Both the position numbers and the translations under genes were made by a program. A stretch of DNA of 64,000 nucleotides from Alphaproteobacteria bacterium (GTDB taxonomy: Bacteria > Pseudomonadota > Alphaproteobacteria > Rickettsiales > JABIRX01), in the NCBI GenBank assembly GCA_018667735.1, contig JABIRX010000042.1, positions 1,803-65,802 of the forward strand, read 5' to 3'. The notes below the pieces were generated by a model that was not told the origin of the DNA, did not search any database, and saw only the letters and a list, made by a program, of their open reading frames with translations. Within the stretch, counting starts at the first letter, position 1, and each line of letters opens with the position of its first letter. Below are positions 49,983 to 58,329 of the stretch, in pieces.

Positions 49983-50824
49983 TTATTTAAGGCTTTTTCT
50001 GTAAATATCTTTTTTTGCGTTTCTGTTATCTTAGGTTTTATATCAAAGAAATAATTAAAGGCAGGAAGCGCTTGGTAAATTAGCATATTTATTCCTGTAA
50101 TAATCTTGTGATTATTTTCTTTTGCATCACATAAAAACTTGGTAAGTAACGGCTTATAAACTATGTCATAAAAGATTTTTTTACCTTTTATTTTTTGATG
50201 GTCTATTTTTAAGTTATTTAGGTTATTTAGACCGCAGCTCGTTGTATTAATTATTATATCTGCTGCTGTTATTTTTTCCTCTATCTTTTCTAGACCGCCT
50301 ATAACTATTTGATTGTTGCTTTTTTCTTTCAATATTATCGCTTTTTCTTCTGTTCTATTAATTACTGTTATTTGTTTTGCTTTATCCGTTAACAGACCAA
50401 ATATTACCGCTTTTGCTGCGCCACCCGCTCCTATTATTAGTATTTTTTTTGCTTCTATCTTTAATTCTGGCTCCTCTTCCAGCAAAGCTCTTTTAAAACC
50501 ATAATAGTCTGTGCTGTCTCCATATATTTGTCCATTTTTAATATATAGAGTGTTTATAGCCTCTATTTTATTTGCTAGATCTGACATAATAATTTTATTT
50601 TTTAAAATTTTATAGGCCTCTTCTTTGTGTGGTACAGTTATATTAACCCCTGCTAATTTTTGTTCTTTAAAATTTAAAAGGAAATTTTCTAGATTTTGTG
50701 GTTTTATTTCTATCTTTTGATAATTGGCCTTAATATTTTCATTTTCTATCCAGCTATTATGAATAATTGGTGAAAGACTATGCTTTATAGGATAGCCTAT
50801 TACTGCTGCTTTTTTTATTTCCAT
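49979..50824 (-). CDS. aroE: Shikimate dehydrogenase
   Basis: 281 aa. HSLSPIIHN and the NAD(P) loop IIGAGGAAKAV. Confidence 0.93.
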   Translation of the reverse strand: MEIKKAAVIGYPIKHSLSPIIHNSWIENENIKANYQKIEIKPQNLENFLLNFKEQKLAGVNITVPHKEEAYKILKNKIIMSDLANKIEAINTLYIKNGQIYGDSTDYYGFKRALLEEEPELKIEAKKILIIGAGGAAKAVIFGLLTDKAKQITVINRTEEKAIILKEKSNNQIVIGGLEKIEEKITAADIIINTTSCGLNNLNNLKIDHQKIKGKKIFYDIVYKPLLTKFLCDAKENNHKIITGINMLIYQALPAFNYFFDIKPKITETQKKIFTEKALNN

Positions 50825-51096
50825 TTTTTATAGTTTTTTTGGTTTTTTAAACTTTTCTTTTTCCTTTTTTTTGCTTTTCTTAATTTTTTGAACTCACTAT
50901 AGGTAAGTAAAGCTTGGTTATTTTGCAATCTAAATAAATTTTCTATCGTATCTACAACTATTTCTAATCTTTTGGCAAAATCCTTTGTTTTTAACAACTC
51001 TTTTTGCATGTTTTCATAAATTTCTGGAGTATTTATTATTGTTTTTTGAAACTCCTTTGTCTTATGAGGCTTTATTTCGTTCTTTTTTGAATTCAT
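50815..51096 (-). CDS. Hypothetical small basic protein (Lys-rich C-terminus)
   Basis: 93-aa ORF filling the gap between the PDRP gene and aroE and overlapping both neighbours. No recognisable family. Tail is KKLRKAKKRKKKSLKNQKNYKKWK. Coding status uncertain. Confidence 0.35.
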   Translation of the reverse strand: MNSKKNEIKPHKTKEFQKTIINTPEIYENMQKELLKTKDFAKRLEIVVDTIENLFRLQNNQALLTYSEFKKLRKAKKRKKKSLKNQKNYKKWK

Positions 51097-51904
51097 AATA
51101 TTTTTCTATTATTGCTGCTGCTGTTTCTTCTATAGATTTTTTACTAACATCTATAATAGGCCAGTTATTTTTAAAATAATGTTTTCTTGCTTCTTTTACT
51201 TCTCTATCTACCGACTCATAATCAATATATTCATTACCAGACTTAATGTCTTGCCCTAATATTTTAACTCTATTTTTTCTTATTTGAATTAAGGCTTCTG
51301 AGTTTATGGTTAAGCCTATAATTAAAGTATTTTTTAACCTAAATAATTTTTCTGGCAATTCTATTCCTGAAATAAAGGGTATATTTGCTGCTTTTAAACC
51401 TCTGTGTGACAAATAAATGCATGTTGGCGATTTTGAGGTTCTAGAAGGTCCTATTATTACTATTTCGGCCTCTTCTAGACCATCTATTTTCTGCCCGTCA
51501 TCATGACTTATTGTATAATTTATTGCTTCTATTCTTTTAAAGTAATCTTGATCTAAAATATGCTGTCTTCCTGGCTTATTTATTATGTTTTGTCCTATAT
51601 ATTTAGAAAATTTTTCTATTATTTCATCTAATGCCGGTATTGTTGCTATTTGATTTTTTTTACATTCACTTAACAATATTTCTAATAAATCTTGGCTCAA
51701 TATGGTGTATAAAACTATACCTCCTTCTATTTTTATTTTTTCTATCACCTCTAGCATTTTTCTTTTTGTTCTAACTAGAGACCACATAAATTCATTTGAC
51801 TCCACTCCTTTAAACTGAGATATTACAGCTCTTGACATAGCTCCTAATGTTTCTCCTGTTGAATCTGATACTAAATGTATATTTATTCTTTTCTTATTTT
51901 CCAT
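51062..51904 (-). CDS. Pyruvate,phosphate dikinase / PEP synthase regulatory protein (PDRP, DUF299; RP001/CC0001 homologue)
   Basis: 280 aa. INIHLVSDSTGET N-terminus and the P-loop-like VIIGPSRTSKSPTCIYLSHRGLKAANIP. Confidence 0.9.
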   Translation of the reverse strand: MENKKRINIHLVSDSTGETLGAMSRAVISQFKGVESNEFMWSLVRTKRKMLEVIEKIKIEGGIVLYTILSQDLLEILLSECKKNQIATIPALDEIIEKFSKYIGQNIINKPGRQHILDQDYFKRIEAINYTISHDDGQKIDGLEEAEIVIIGPSRTSKSPTCIYLSHRGLKAANIPFISGIELPEKLFRLKNTLIIGLTINSEALIQIRKNRVKILGQDIKSGNEYIDYESVDREVKEARKHYFKNNWPIIDVSKKSIEETAAAIIEKYYEFKKERNKAS

Positions 51905-52143
51905 TGTTAATAACTTGTTAATTTGTTGTTAGTAATTTGTTAATATCTTTGCTATTTTTTCTATTCTTTATTTATTCTTATTAGTTTTTAACAAAATTTG
52001 AAGATTATAAAAATATTGTTAAATTTTAATTTAATTATTTAAATCTTATTAATTTCCGTGTACTACAGAGCGGTAACCTGTTTTATAAGTTGTTGATAAT
52101 TATGTTGATAACTCTTTAAATGGCAAAATCTTATTAATATAAT
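51905..52143. other. Candidate chromosomal replication origin (oriC) in the DUF299/hemE divergent spacer
   Basis: This position is conserved for Caulobacter and Rickettsia origins. TTAA-N7-TTAA at 51907-51921 and TTAG-N7-TTAA at 51929-43 give four half-sites phased at 11 bp. An A+T-rich core spans 51945-52055. Two TGTTGATAA repeats (52091-99, 52103-11) have the complement TTATCAACA, one mismatch from the DnaA box. Confidence 0.4.
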
Positions 52144-53166
52144 ATGTATAATATAGATAAACTATATAATAATAGTAATAAAAGTTTTATTTGGTTAATG
52201 CGCCAAGCAGGTAGATATTTGCCTGAATATAGGGAAAAGAGAAAAGAGGTTGGTAATTTCTTAGATCTTTGCTATAATCCAGAATTTGCTGCTGAAGTAA
52301 CCTTGCAACCTATCAGTAGATTTAATTTTGATGCTGCTATTATATTTTCAGACATTTTAGTAATTTTAGATGCACTAGATCAAGAAGTAGAATTCGTACC
52401 TGGTAAAGGCCCTGTAATAAAAGCAGATTTGTCCAAGTTGTTAAACTTAACCGATGACAATGTAAGGGAAAAAATAACCGAAAAATTAAATCCAGTATAT
52501 GAAGCCATAAAAATAACTAGAAAAAATCTTAGTAGAGAAAAGTCCCTAATAGGTTTCACAGGAGCTTATTGGACTTTACTTGCTTATTTAATAGAAGGAA
52601 GCGGTAGTAAAACTTTTCATAAAGCTAAGATATTTACTTATGATAATCAGGAAGAAGAGCAAAAAATTAGACATATACTGTGCCTTGCTATATCAACTCA
52701 TCTAAAAAATCAAATAAAGGCAGGATGTGATGTAATCAAAATTTTTGATAGTTGGGCAGGAATATTAACTAATGAGCAAATTAAAAACTTAGTAATAAAA
52801 CCATATAAAAATATATTAGATTCGATACAAGCAGAACCAGCAAAGAAAATATGCTTTCCTAGAGGAATAAAAGAAAATTATCATGAGTTTTGTAAGTTAA
52901 ACTTTGATATATATGCTTTAGATTATACAGAAAACATAAACATAGCTGAAAACCTATATAAAAACTATGGAAAAATAACTCAGGGAAATCTGGATCCTGC
53001 TATATTACAGCTTAATAACTTAGAAAAATTAGGTGAAGAGATAAGTAGAATATTAACAGCAACAAAAAATATACCGCATATATTTAATTTGGGGCATGGA
53101 ATAATGCCAGAAACTCCAATTAAAAATGTAGAATTTATGCTAGAAAAGGTAAGAAGCTTTACTTAA
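52144..53166 (+). CDS. hemE: Uroporphyrinogen decarboxylase
   Basis: 340 aa. WLMRQAGRYLPEYRE and IFDSWAG motifs. Confidence 0.95.
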   Translation: MYNIDKLYNNSNKSFIWLMRQAGRYLPEYREKRKEVGNFLDLCYNPEFAAEVTLQPISRFNFDAAIIFSDILVILDALDQEVEFVPGKGPVIKADLSKLLNLTDDNVREKITEKLNPVYEAIKITRKNLSREKSLIGFTGAYWTLLAYLIEGSGSKTFHKAKIFTYDNQEEEQKIRHILCLAISTHLKNQIKAGCDVIKIFDSWAGILTNEQIKNLVIKPYKNILDSIQAEPAKKICFPRGIKENYHEFCKLNFDIYALDYTENINIAENLYKNYGKITQGNLDPAILQLNNLEKLGEEISRILTATKNIPHIFNLGHGIMPETPIKNVEFMLEKVRSFT

Positions 53167-53819
53167 CGCAACTTACCTATATTCCTAGCATAATTTTCTT
53201 CTCCTTGATTAAAAATATAAGAGCCAGATACCAAGATGTCGGCTCCACTATTTATAGCTAATTTAGCAGTATCACTATTTATTCCGCCATCAACTTCTAA
53301 TTCTATATTTAGATTTTTTTGGTCTATAATTTTCCTTAGAGAAGAAATCTTATTAAGTTGGGAATTAAGGAATTTTTGTCCACCAAAACCAGGATTTACA
53401 GTCATTACTAAAATTAAATCTAGTTTATCTAAAACATAAGTTAAAATATCTTCATGAGATGATGGAACTATACTAACTCCTGCTTTTTTACCATATTTTC
53501 TTATTAAATCCAGAGATCTATCTAGGTGAGTAGATGCTTCTGCATGAATAGTAATGATATCAGCCCCTGCATCTGCAAAATCTTTTATGTAAAGATCTGG
53601 ATTATCTATCATTAAATGAACATCAAACGGTAACGAGCTATATTTCCTGATAGATTTTACAACTTCTGGACCAATTGTTATATTAGGCACAAAATGACCA
53701 TCCATAACATCAATATGGATATAATCAGCTCCCGCATTAGTGATGTTTTTTACTTCTTGCCCTAATTTCGCAAAATCTGCAGATAAAATTGAAGGCGCTA
53801 TTTTAGTGTTAGTTGACAT
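53163..53819 (-). CDS. rpe: Ribulose-phosphate 3-epimerase
   Basis: 218 aa. PSILSADF, HIDVMDGHFVPN, VNPGFGGQKF and VDGGI. Confidence 0.96.
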   Translation of the reverse strand: MSTNTKIAPSILSADFAKLGQEVKNITNAGADYIHIDVMDGHFVPNITIGPEVVKSIRKYSSLPFDVHLMIDNPDLYIKDFADAGADIITIHAEASTHLDRSLDLIRKYGKKAGVSIVPSSHEDILTYVLDKLDLILVMTVNPGFGGQKFLNSQLNKISSLRKIIDQKNLNIELEVDGGINSDTAKLAINSGADILVSGSYIFNQGEENYARNIGKLR

Positions 53820-53892
53820 GTTAAAAAAAATTATGCAAATTAAGTAGCTAATTTAACAAATAAAATTAGTATTGTAAATTTATAGGTACAAA

Positions 53893-54258
53893 ATGATCAA
53901 TTTAATTAATAGCGCACACGCAAATGAAGCTGCAGTAAACAACCCTATCTCTGGCTTTATCCCCCTAATTTTAATATTCGCAATATTTTACTTTTTTATC
54001 ATTAGACCTCAACAAAAGAAAATAAAAGACCATCAAGTAATGGTAGATGGTTTAAAAAAAGGAGATGTAGTCTTAACTTCTGGTGGTATTTACGGTATTA
54101 TAAATAAAGTAAAAGAAGAAATTTTGGATGTAGAAATAGCAAAAAATGTAATTGTTAAAATAGCAAAGTCTACAGTATCCAACAAACCTGATAATAAGAT
54201 AAAATTTTCTAGTGAAGAAAAAAGCAAAAAAGTAGTTAAAAAGAAGAAGGATGCTTAA
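53893..54258 (+). CDS. yajC: Preprotein translocase subunit YajC
   Basis: 121 aa. Single TM segment plus FIIRPQQKKIKDHQ..L.KGD.V.T.GGI.G, with a Lys-rich tail. Precedes secD. Confidence 0.9.
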   Translation: MINLINSAHANEAAVNNPISGFIPLILIFAIFYFFIIRPQQKKIKDHQVMVDGLKKGDVVLTSGGIYGIINKVKEEILDVEIAKNVIVKIAKSTVSNKPDNKIKFSSEEKSKKVVKKKKDA

Positions 54259-55774
54259 TATTCCTAAATGGAAGCTAACCTTATCTATTATAGTATGCTT
54301 TTATAGTATTTTTGTGGTTTTTAGCGGTTTTTTAGAAGATAAAGCCACTAAATCCATAAATCTAGGATTAGATTTAAGAGGAGGTGCTTATTTATTGCTA
54401 GAAATAGACCAAAAAGCATATTTTAAAGAAAAAATAAAAATTTTGAAGGAGGAGGTAAGAAATAAGCTTCGTTCAAGTAAAACAGGATATTCTAACCTTA
54501 TTTTAGATGATGGAAAAATTTTATTTAACCTTAGAGATACGGAAGCTAAATTATATGATATATTTAAGGATTTAGGGCAAGATATAGCAATAAAGCAAGA
54601 GAAGAAAGAAGTTATCATATCCTTTTCAGAAGTATTTATAAAAGAACAAAAAATAAAATTATTAAATCAATCAGTAGAAATAATAAGAAGTAGAGTAGAT
54701 GAGACAGGAACAAAAGAGCCCTTAATTCAACCACAAGGTTTAACTAGAATAATATTACAAGTACCGGGTATGGCAAACCCCGAGAGATTAAAAAGATTGT
54801 TGGGAAAAACCGCAAAAATGAGTTTTCATTTATTGCATCCAGAACAACCAATAGTACAAGATCTATTTTTTCTTCCTAAAAATTATATGATGGTTGAGTC
54901 TAGTGAGAAAACAGATTTATATTATTTAGTGGATAATAAAGCAGAAATATTGGGAGATCAGTTAAATGATGCACAAATAACAATATATCAGGGAATTCCT
55001 CAAGTAAATTTTAAATTTAATAATGAGGGAACAAGAAAATTTGGAGAGATAACTAGTAAAAATATAGGAAAACAACTAGCAATAATTTTAGATAATAAAG
55101 TAATAAGTGCACCAGTGATAAGAGAGCCCATAATGGGCGGATCTGGAGTTATTTCTGGAAGTTATACTACAGAAACAGCAAATGACTTAGCTTTATTATT
55201 AAGAGCGGGCTCTCTACCTGCTCCAATAAGTATTATAGAAGAGCGAACAGTAGGTCCTACTTTAGGTTCGGATTCAATAATATCAGGAAAAAATGCAGTA
55301 GCTGCTGGATTTATACTGGTATTAATTTTAATGTTAATTTTATATAAGCAATATGGTTTAATGGCTATAATAGCTTTAATTATGAATATAATATTTGTTT
55401 TTGCGTTGTTAACATTGTTTGGTGCAACATTAACACTGCCTGGCATAGCTGGTATAGTTTTAACAATAGGTATGTCTGTAGATACAAATGTATTAATATT
55501 TGAGCGGATTAGAGAAGAGTCTAGAACAGGAAAATCAATATATGCGGTAATAGATCAAGGATTTAATCAGGCTTTGAAAACTATTCTAGATTCAAATGTA
55601 ACTACATTAATAGCTGCTCTAATTTTATTTAACTTTGGAACTGGTCCCATAAAGGGTTTTGCAATAACGCTAACTTTTGGAATTTTATCTTCTATGTTTT
55701 CTGCTATATTCTTAACTAAAATTTTGATATATAGTTGGATTTCTATAAAAAAACCTAAAAAGATCACTATCTAA
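54251..55774 (+). CDS. secD: Protein translocase subunit SecD
   Basis: 507 aa. Periplasmic domain with LGLDLRGG and a C-terminal 6-TM RND-like bundle (GIAGIVLTIGMSVDTNVLIFERIREE). No secF follows. Confidence 0.94.
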   Translation: MLNIPKWKLTLSIIVCFYSIFVVFSGFLEDKATKSINLGLDLRGGAYLLLEIDQKAYFKEKIKILKEEVRNKLRSSKTGYSNLILDDGKILFNLRDTEAKLYDIFKDLGQDIAIKQEKKEVIISFSEVFIKEQKIKLLNQSVEIIRSRVDETGTKEPLIQPQGLTRIILQVPGMANPERLKRLLGKTAKMSFHLLHPEQPIVQDLFFLPKNYMMVESSEKTDLYYLVDNKAEILGDQLNDAQITIYQGIPQVNFKFNNEGTRKFGEITSKNIGKQLAIILDNKVISAPVIREPIMGGSGVISGSYTTETANDLALLLRAGSLPAPISIIEERTVGPTLGSDSIISGKNAVAAGFILVLILMLILYKQYGLMAIIALIMNIIFVFALLTLFGATLTLPGIAGIVLTIGMSVDTNVLIFERIREESRTGKSIYAVIDQGFNQALKTILDSNVTTLIAALILFNFGTGPIKGFAITLTFGILSSMFSAIFLTKILIYSWISIKKPKKITI

Positions 55775-55980
55775 ATTTTCTAAAATATTAGTAATTCATA
55801 AAAACTCATTGGCTAAAATTTAATTTAGTTGGGTGATAATATAATGTTATTAAAGCGGACTATTAATCTGGGAATTATAGCTAGAGCATAAATATATTAA
55901 GAAGAATCATAATTTATAAATCTTAAACTAAATTAGTTAGGAGTTTAGTATAATATTAGCTTAGTAGCTTCATCCTCGAT

Positions 55981-56018
55981 GTTAATAGAGGCTTTATATA
56001 AACGAAGCTTCTATTAAC
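55981..56018. terminator. Strong hairpin between convergent secD and the N/Q-rich lipoprotein gene (possible bidirectional terminator)
   Basis: gttaatagaggctt (55981-55994), a 10-nt loop, then aagcttctattaac (56005-56018). This gives a 14-bp stem with one G.U pair. No clear U-tract on either strand. Confidence 0.4.
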
Positions 56019-56032
56019 AAATTATAAAACTA

Positions 56033-56779
56033 CTATCTAAATTGTTTCATATATTGACTAGCTATGGGGTCTGAGCCAAAACCCATGAAATCTTCATTAT
56101 TAGAATTATATTGTTGATTAACAGGTTGATTATAATAATTACCTTGTATAGCTTGGCTATTATTTTGGTAATTATAATTAGGTTGATTATAACCACTACC
56201 TTGCGTTGCTAGATTGTTATTTTGGTAATTATAATTAGGTTGATTATAATTACTGCTTTGCACAGCTTGGTAATTATGGTTAGGCTGGTTATAATTATTA
56301 CCTTGTGTTGCTAGGTTGTTGCTTTGGTAGTTATATGAATTATTATAATTAGGCTCTTGTCCTGAATAGTTATACTGATTATTCATATTATAATTTTGAC
56401 TTTGATAATTGGCAGAGCTATTACCAGGGCTTGCTTGATTATATGGATAGCCAGATTTATTTGTACTATTTGTTTTTTTTGCAGAACAATTTTTAGCTAT
56501 TTTAAGGTTTTTATATTTATCTTTTTGTTGTTTTATTTTATCACCATTACGAATTATTTTAAAAGTCCTGATAATAGCTGGTAAAACTAACATGTTAGAA
56601 AAGGAGAACTTATTCATTTGGGAAATTTTTTGTTCTTCTATACTTAAATTATAAAGTTCCTCTTCTATTGTTTGACAATTTATATTCAAATTGTTTCTGC
56701 TGTGACGGTAATCCTCTGCGCTATGGCATGAATGAAGAAAAATTGTAACGATTAAAAAAATTTTCTTTAAGTTTCTCAT
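56033..56779 (-). CDS. Predicted lipoprotein with long Asn/Gln/Tyr-rich tandem-repeat C-terminal region
   Basis: 248 aa. Signal peptide MRNLKKIFLIVTIFLHSC. The C-terminal half consists of (Q.NNLATQG..YNQPN.NY)-type repeats. No family recognised. Confidence 0.7.
   Translation of the reverse strand: MRNLKKIFLIVTIFLHSCHSAEDYRHSRNNLNINCQTIEEELYNLSIEEQKISQMNKFSFSNMLVLPAIIRTFKIIRNGDKIKQQKDKYKNLKIAKNCSAKKTNSTNKSGYPYNQASPGNSSANYQSQNYNMNNQYNYSGQEPNYNNSYNYQSNNLATQGNNYNQPNHNYQAVQSSNYNQPNYNYQNNNLATQGSGYNQPNYNYQNNSQAIQGNYYNQPVNQQYNSNNEDFMGFGSDPIASQYMKQFR
56110..56380 (-). repeat. In-frame 57/45/57-bp tandem repeats encoding the N/Q/Y-rich units
   Basis: The core tggtaattataattaggttgattataa recurs, with variation, starting at 56166, 56223, 56268 and 56325. 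Confidence 0.8.
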
Positions 56780-56802
56780 AATTTAACACCCTAATTTTCT
56801 AG

Positions 56803-56831
56803 ATTATATCATATTTAATAAGGCGGGTCAA
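56803..56831 (-). promoter_or_regulatory. Near-consensus sigma70 promoter for the N/Q-rich lipoprotein gene
   Basis: Minus strand reads TTGACC (56831-56826), a 17-nt spacer, then TATAAT (56808-56803). The ATG is at 56779. Confidence 0.5.
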
Positions 56832-57058
56832 ATGAAACAGTAAAATTATTTTATAACAGCCCTTTTTAAATATTCTAAATTTATAAATTTTCTTAAAAGT
56901 TAATAGTTTTTGTCTTTATATAAAAAACTTTTATCAGAAGGTCTTTAAGTATCAATAGAATTGTTGGCAATTTTGTATATTTGCCGTTTTTTATAACCAG
57001 AAAGCTTGGCAAGGCAGGTTTTTGTATGGGTTTATAAAGAAAAAAGAAAATTCTAAGA

Positions 57059-58267
57059 TCAAGAACAATTATCGGCCAAGTAGCTTTTTATTATTTCTTT
57101 AAATTCCTCTCCGATATTGGCACCTCTTAAAGTTTTAATCTTTTTTCCATCTACAAAAATAGGCGCTGCTGGGTTTTCACCGGAGCCAGGCAAGCTAATC
57201 CCAATATTTGCATGTTTGCTTTCACCTGGTCCATTAACTATGCAGCCCATGACGGCTATATCTAGATCTTTTGCTTTTGGGTATTTTTTTTGCCAAATAG
57301 GCATTTCGGTGTTAATAAAATTTTGGATATCTAAAGCCAATTTTTGAAAATAGTCACTAGAAGTACGGCCACAACCAGGGCAAGATGTAACTAGTGGTTT
57401 AAAAGAGCGAATATTCATGGTTTGTAAAATTTCCTGGCATATTTGCACCTCTTTAGTTCTAGATGTGCCTGGTTCGGGAGTTATGGATGCTCTAATAGTA
57501 TCTCCTATTCCCTGTTGAAGCAGTACGCCAAAAGCGCTACTTGTTGCAACAATTGCTTTTGAACCAATTCCTGCTTCTGTTAAGCCCAAATGTAGGGGAT
57601 AAGAACATTTTTCAGCTAAATTTTGATATATATCTATTAAATCTTGAACTTTGCTAACTTTACAAGAAACTACAATTTTATCGCTTGCTAGACCTATATT
57701 TTCTGCAAATTTAGCACTATCTAACGCTGAAATTACCAGGGCTTGCTTTAGAACTTCATTCGCATTAAGAGGTATAGTTTTTTTGCTATTTTCATCCATT
57801 AATTTAGCAGCTAAATTTTGGTCTAAACTACCCCAATTAACCCCTATTCTAACAGGTTTGTTATATTTTATGGCGGTGTTTATCATCATTTCAAATTGAA
57901 GATCTTTTTTCTTACCATAACCCACATTACCTGGATTTATACGATATTTTGCCAAGCTTTTAGCACAGTCTGGGTAGAGATTTAGTAGTTCGTGACCATT
58001 ATAATGAAAATCACCAACTATAGGTACAAAACAGTTTTTAGCTATTAAAGAATCTTTAATTTTGCTAATGTTTTTAGCTGCAGCTTTGGTGTTAACGGTA
58101 ACTCTAACAATTTCAGAGCCAGCTTCATTTAACTCTAAAATTTGTTTTACAGTGCTTTCAATATCTTCTGTATCTGTGTTTGTCATAGATTGTATGGCTA
58201 TAGGTTCGTTAGCTCCTATTGCAACATTGCCAATTATGACTTTATTAGTTTTATGGCGTATTAACAC
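57059..58267 (-). CDS. ispG: 4-hydroxy-3-methylbut-2-en-1-yl diphosphate synthase (MEP pathway)
   Basis: 402 aa. [18 protein letters not shown]-terminus and Fe-S cysteines (TSCPGCGRT; GCIVNGPGE). Confidence 0.96.
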   Translation of the reverse strand: MLIRHKTNKVIIGNVAIGANEPIAIQSMTNTDTEDIESTVKQILELNEAGSEIVRVTVNTKAAAKNISKIKDSLIAKNCFVPIVGDFHYNGHELLNLYPDCAKSLAKYRINPGNVGYGKKKDLQFEMMINTAIKYNKPVRIGVNWGSLDQNLAAKLMDENSKKTIPLNANEVLKQALVISALDSAKFAENIGLASDKIVVSCKVSKVQDLIDIYQNLAEKCSYPLHLGLTEAGIGSKAIVATSSAFGVLLQQGIGDTIRASITPEPGTSRTKEVQICQEILQTMNIRSFKPLVTSCPGCGRTSSDYFQKLALDIQNFINTEMPIWQKKYPKAKDLDIAVMGCIVNGPGESKHANIGISLPGSGENPAAPIFVDGKKIKTLRGANIGEEFKEIIKSYLADNCS

Positions 58268-58329
58268 TTTTTTTGTAGAAATTTCTACTAGTTACAATAG
58301 AATAGCTTGAGCAAAAAACAAGAAAAACC

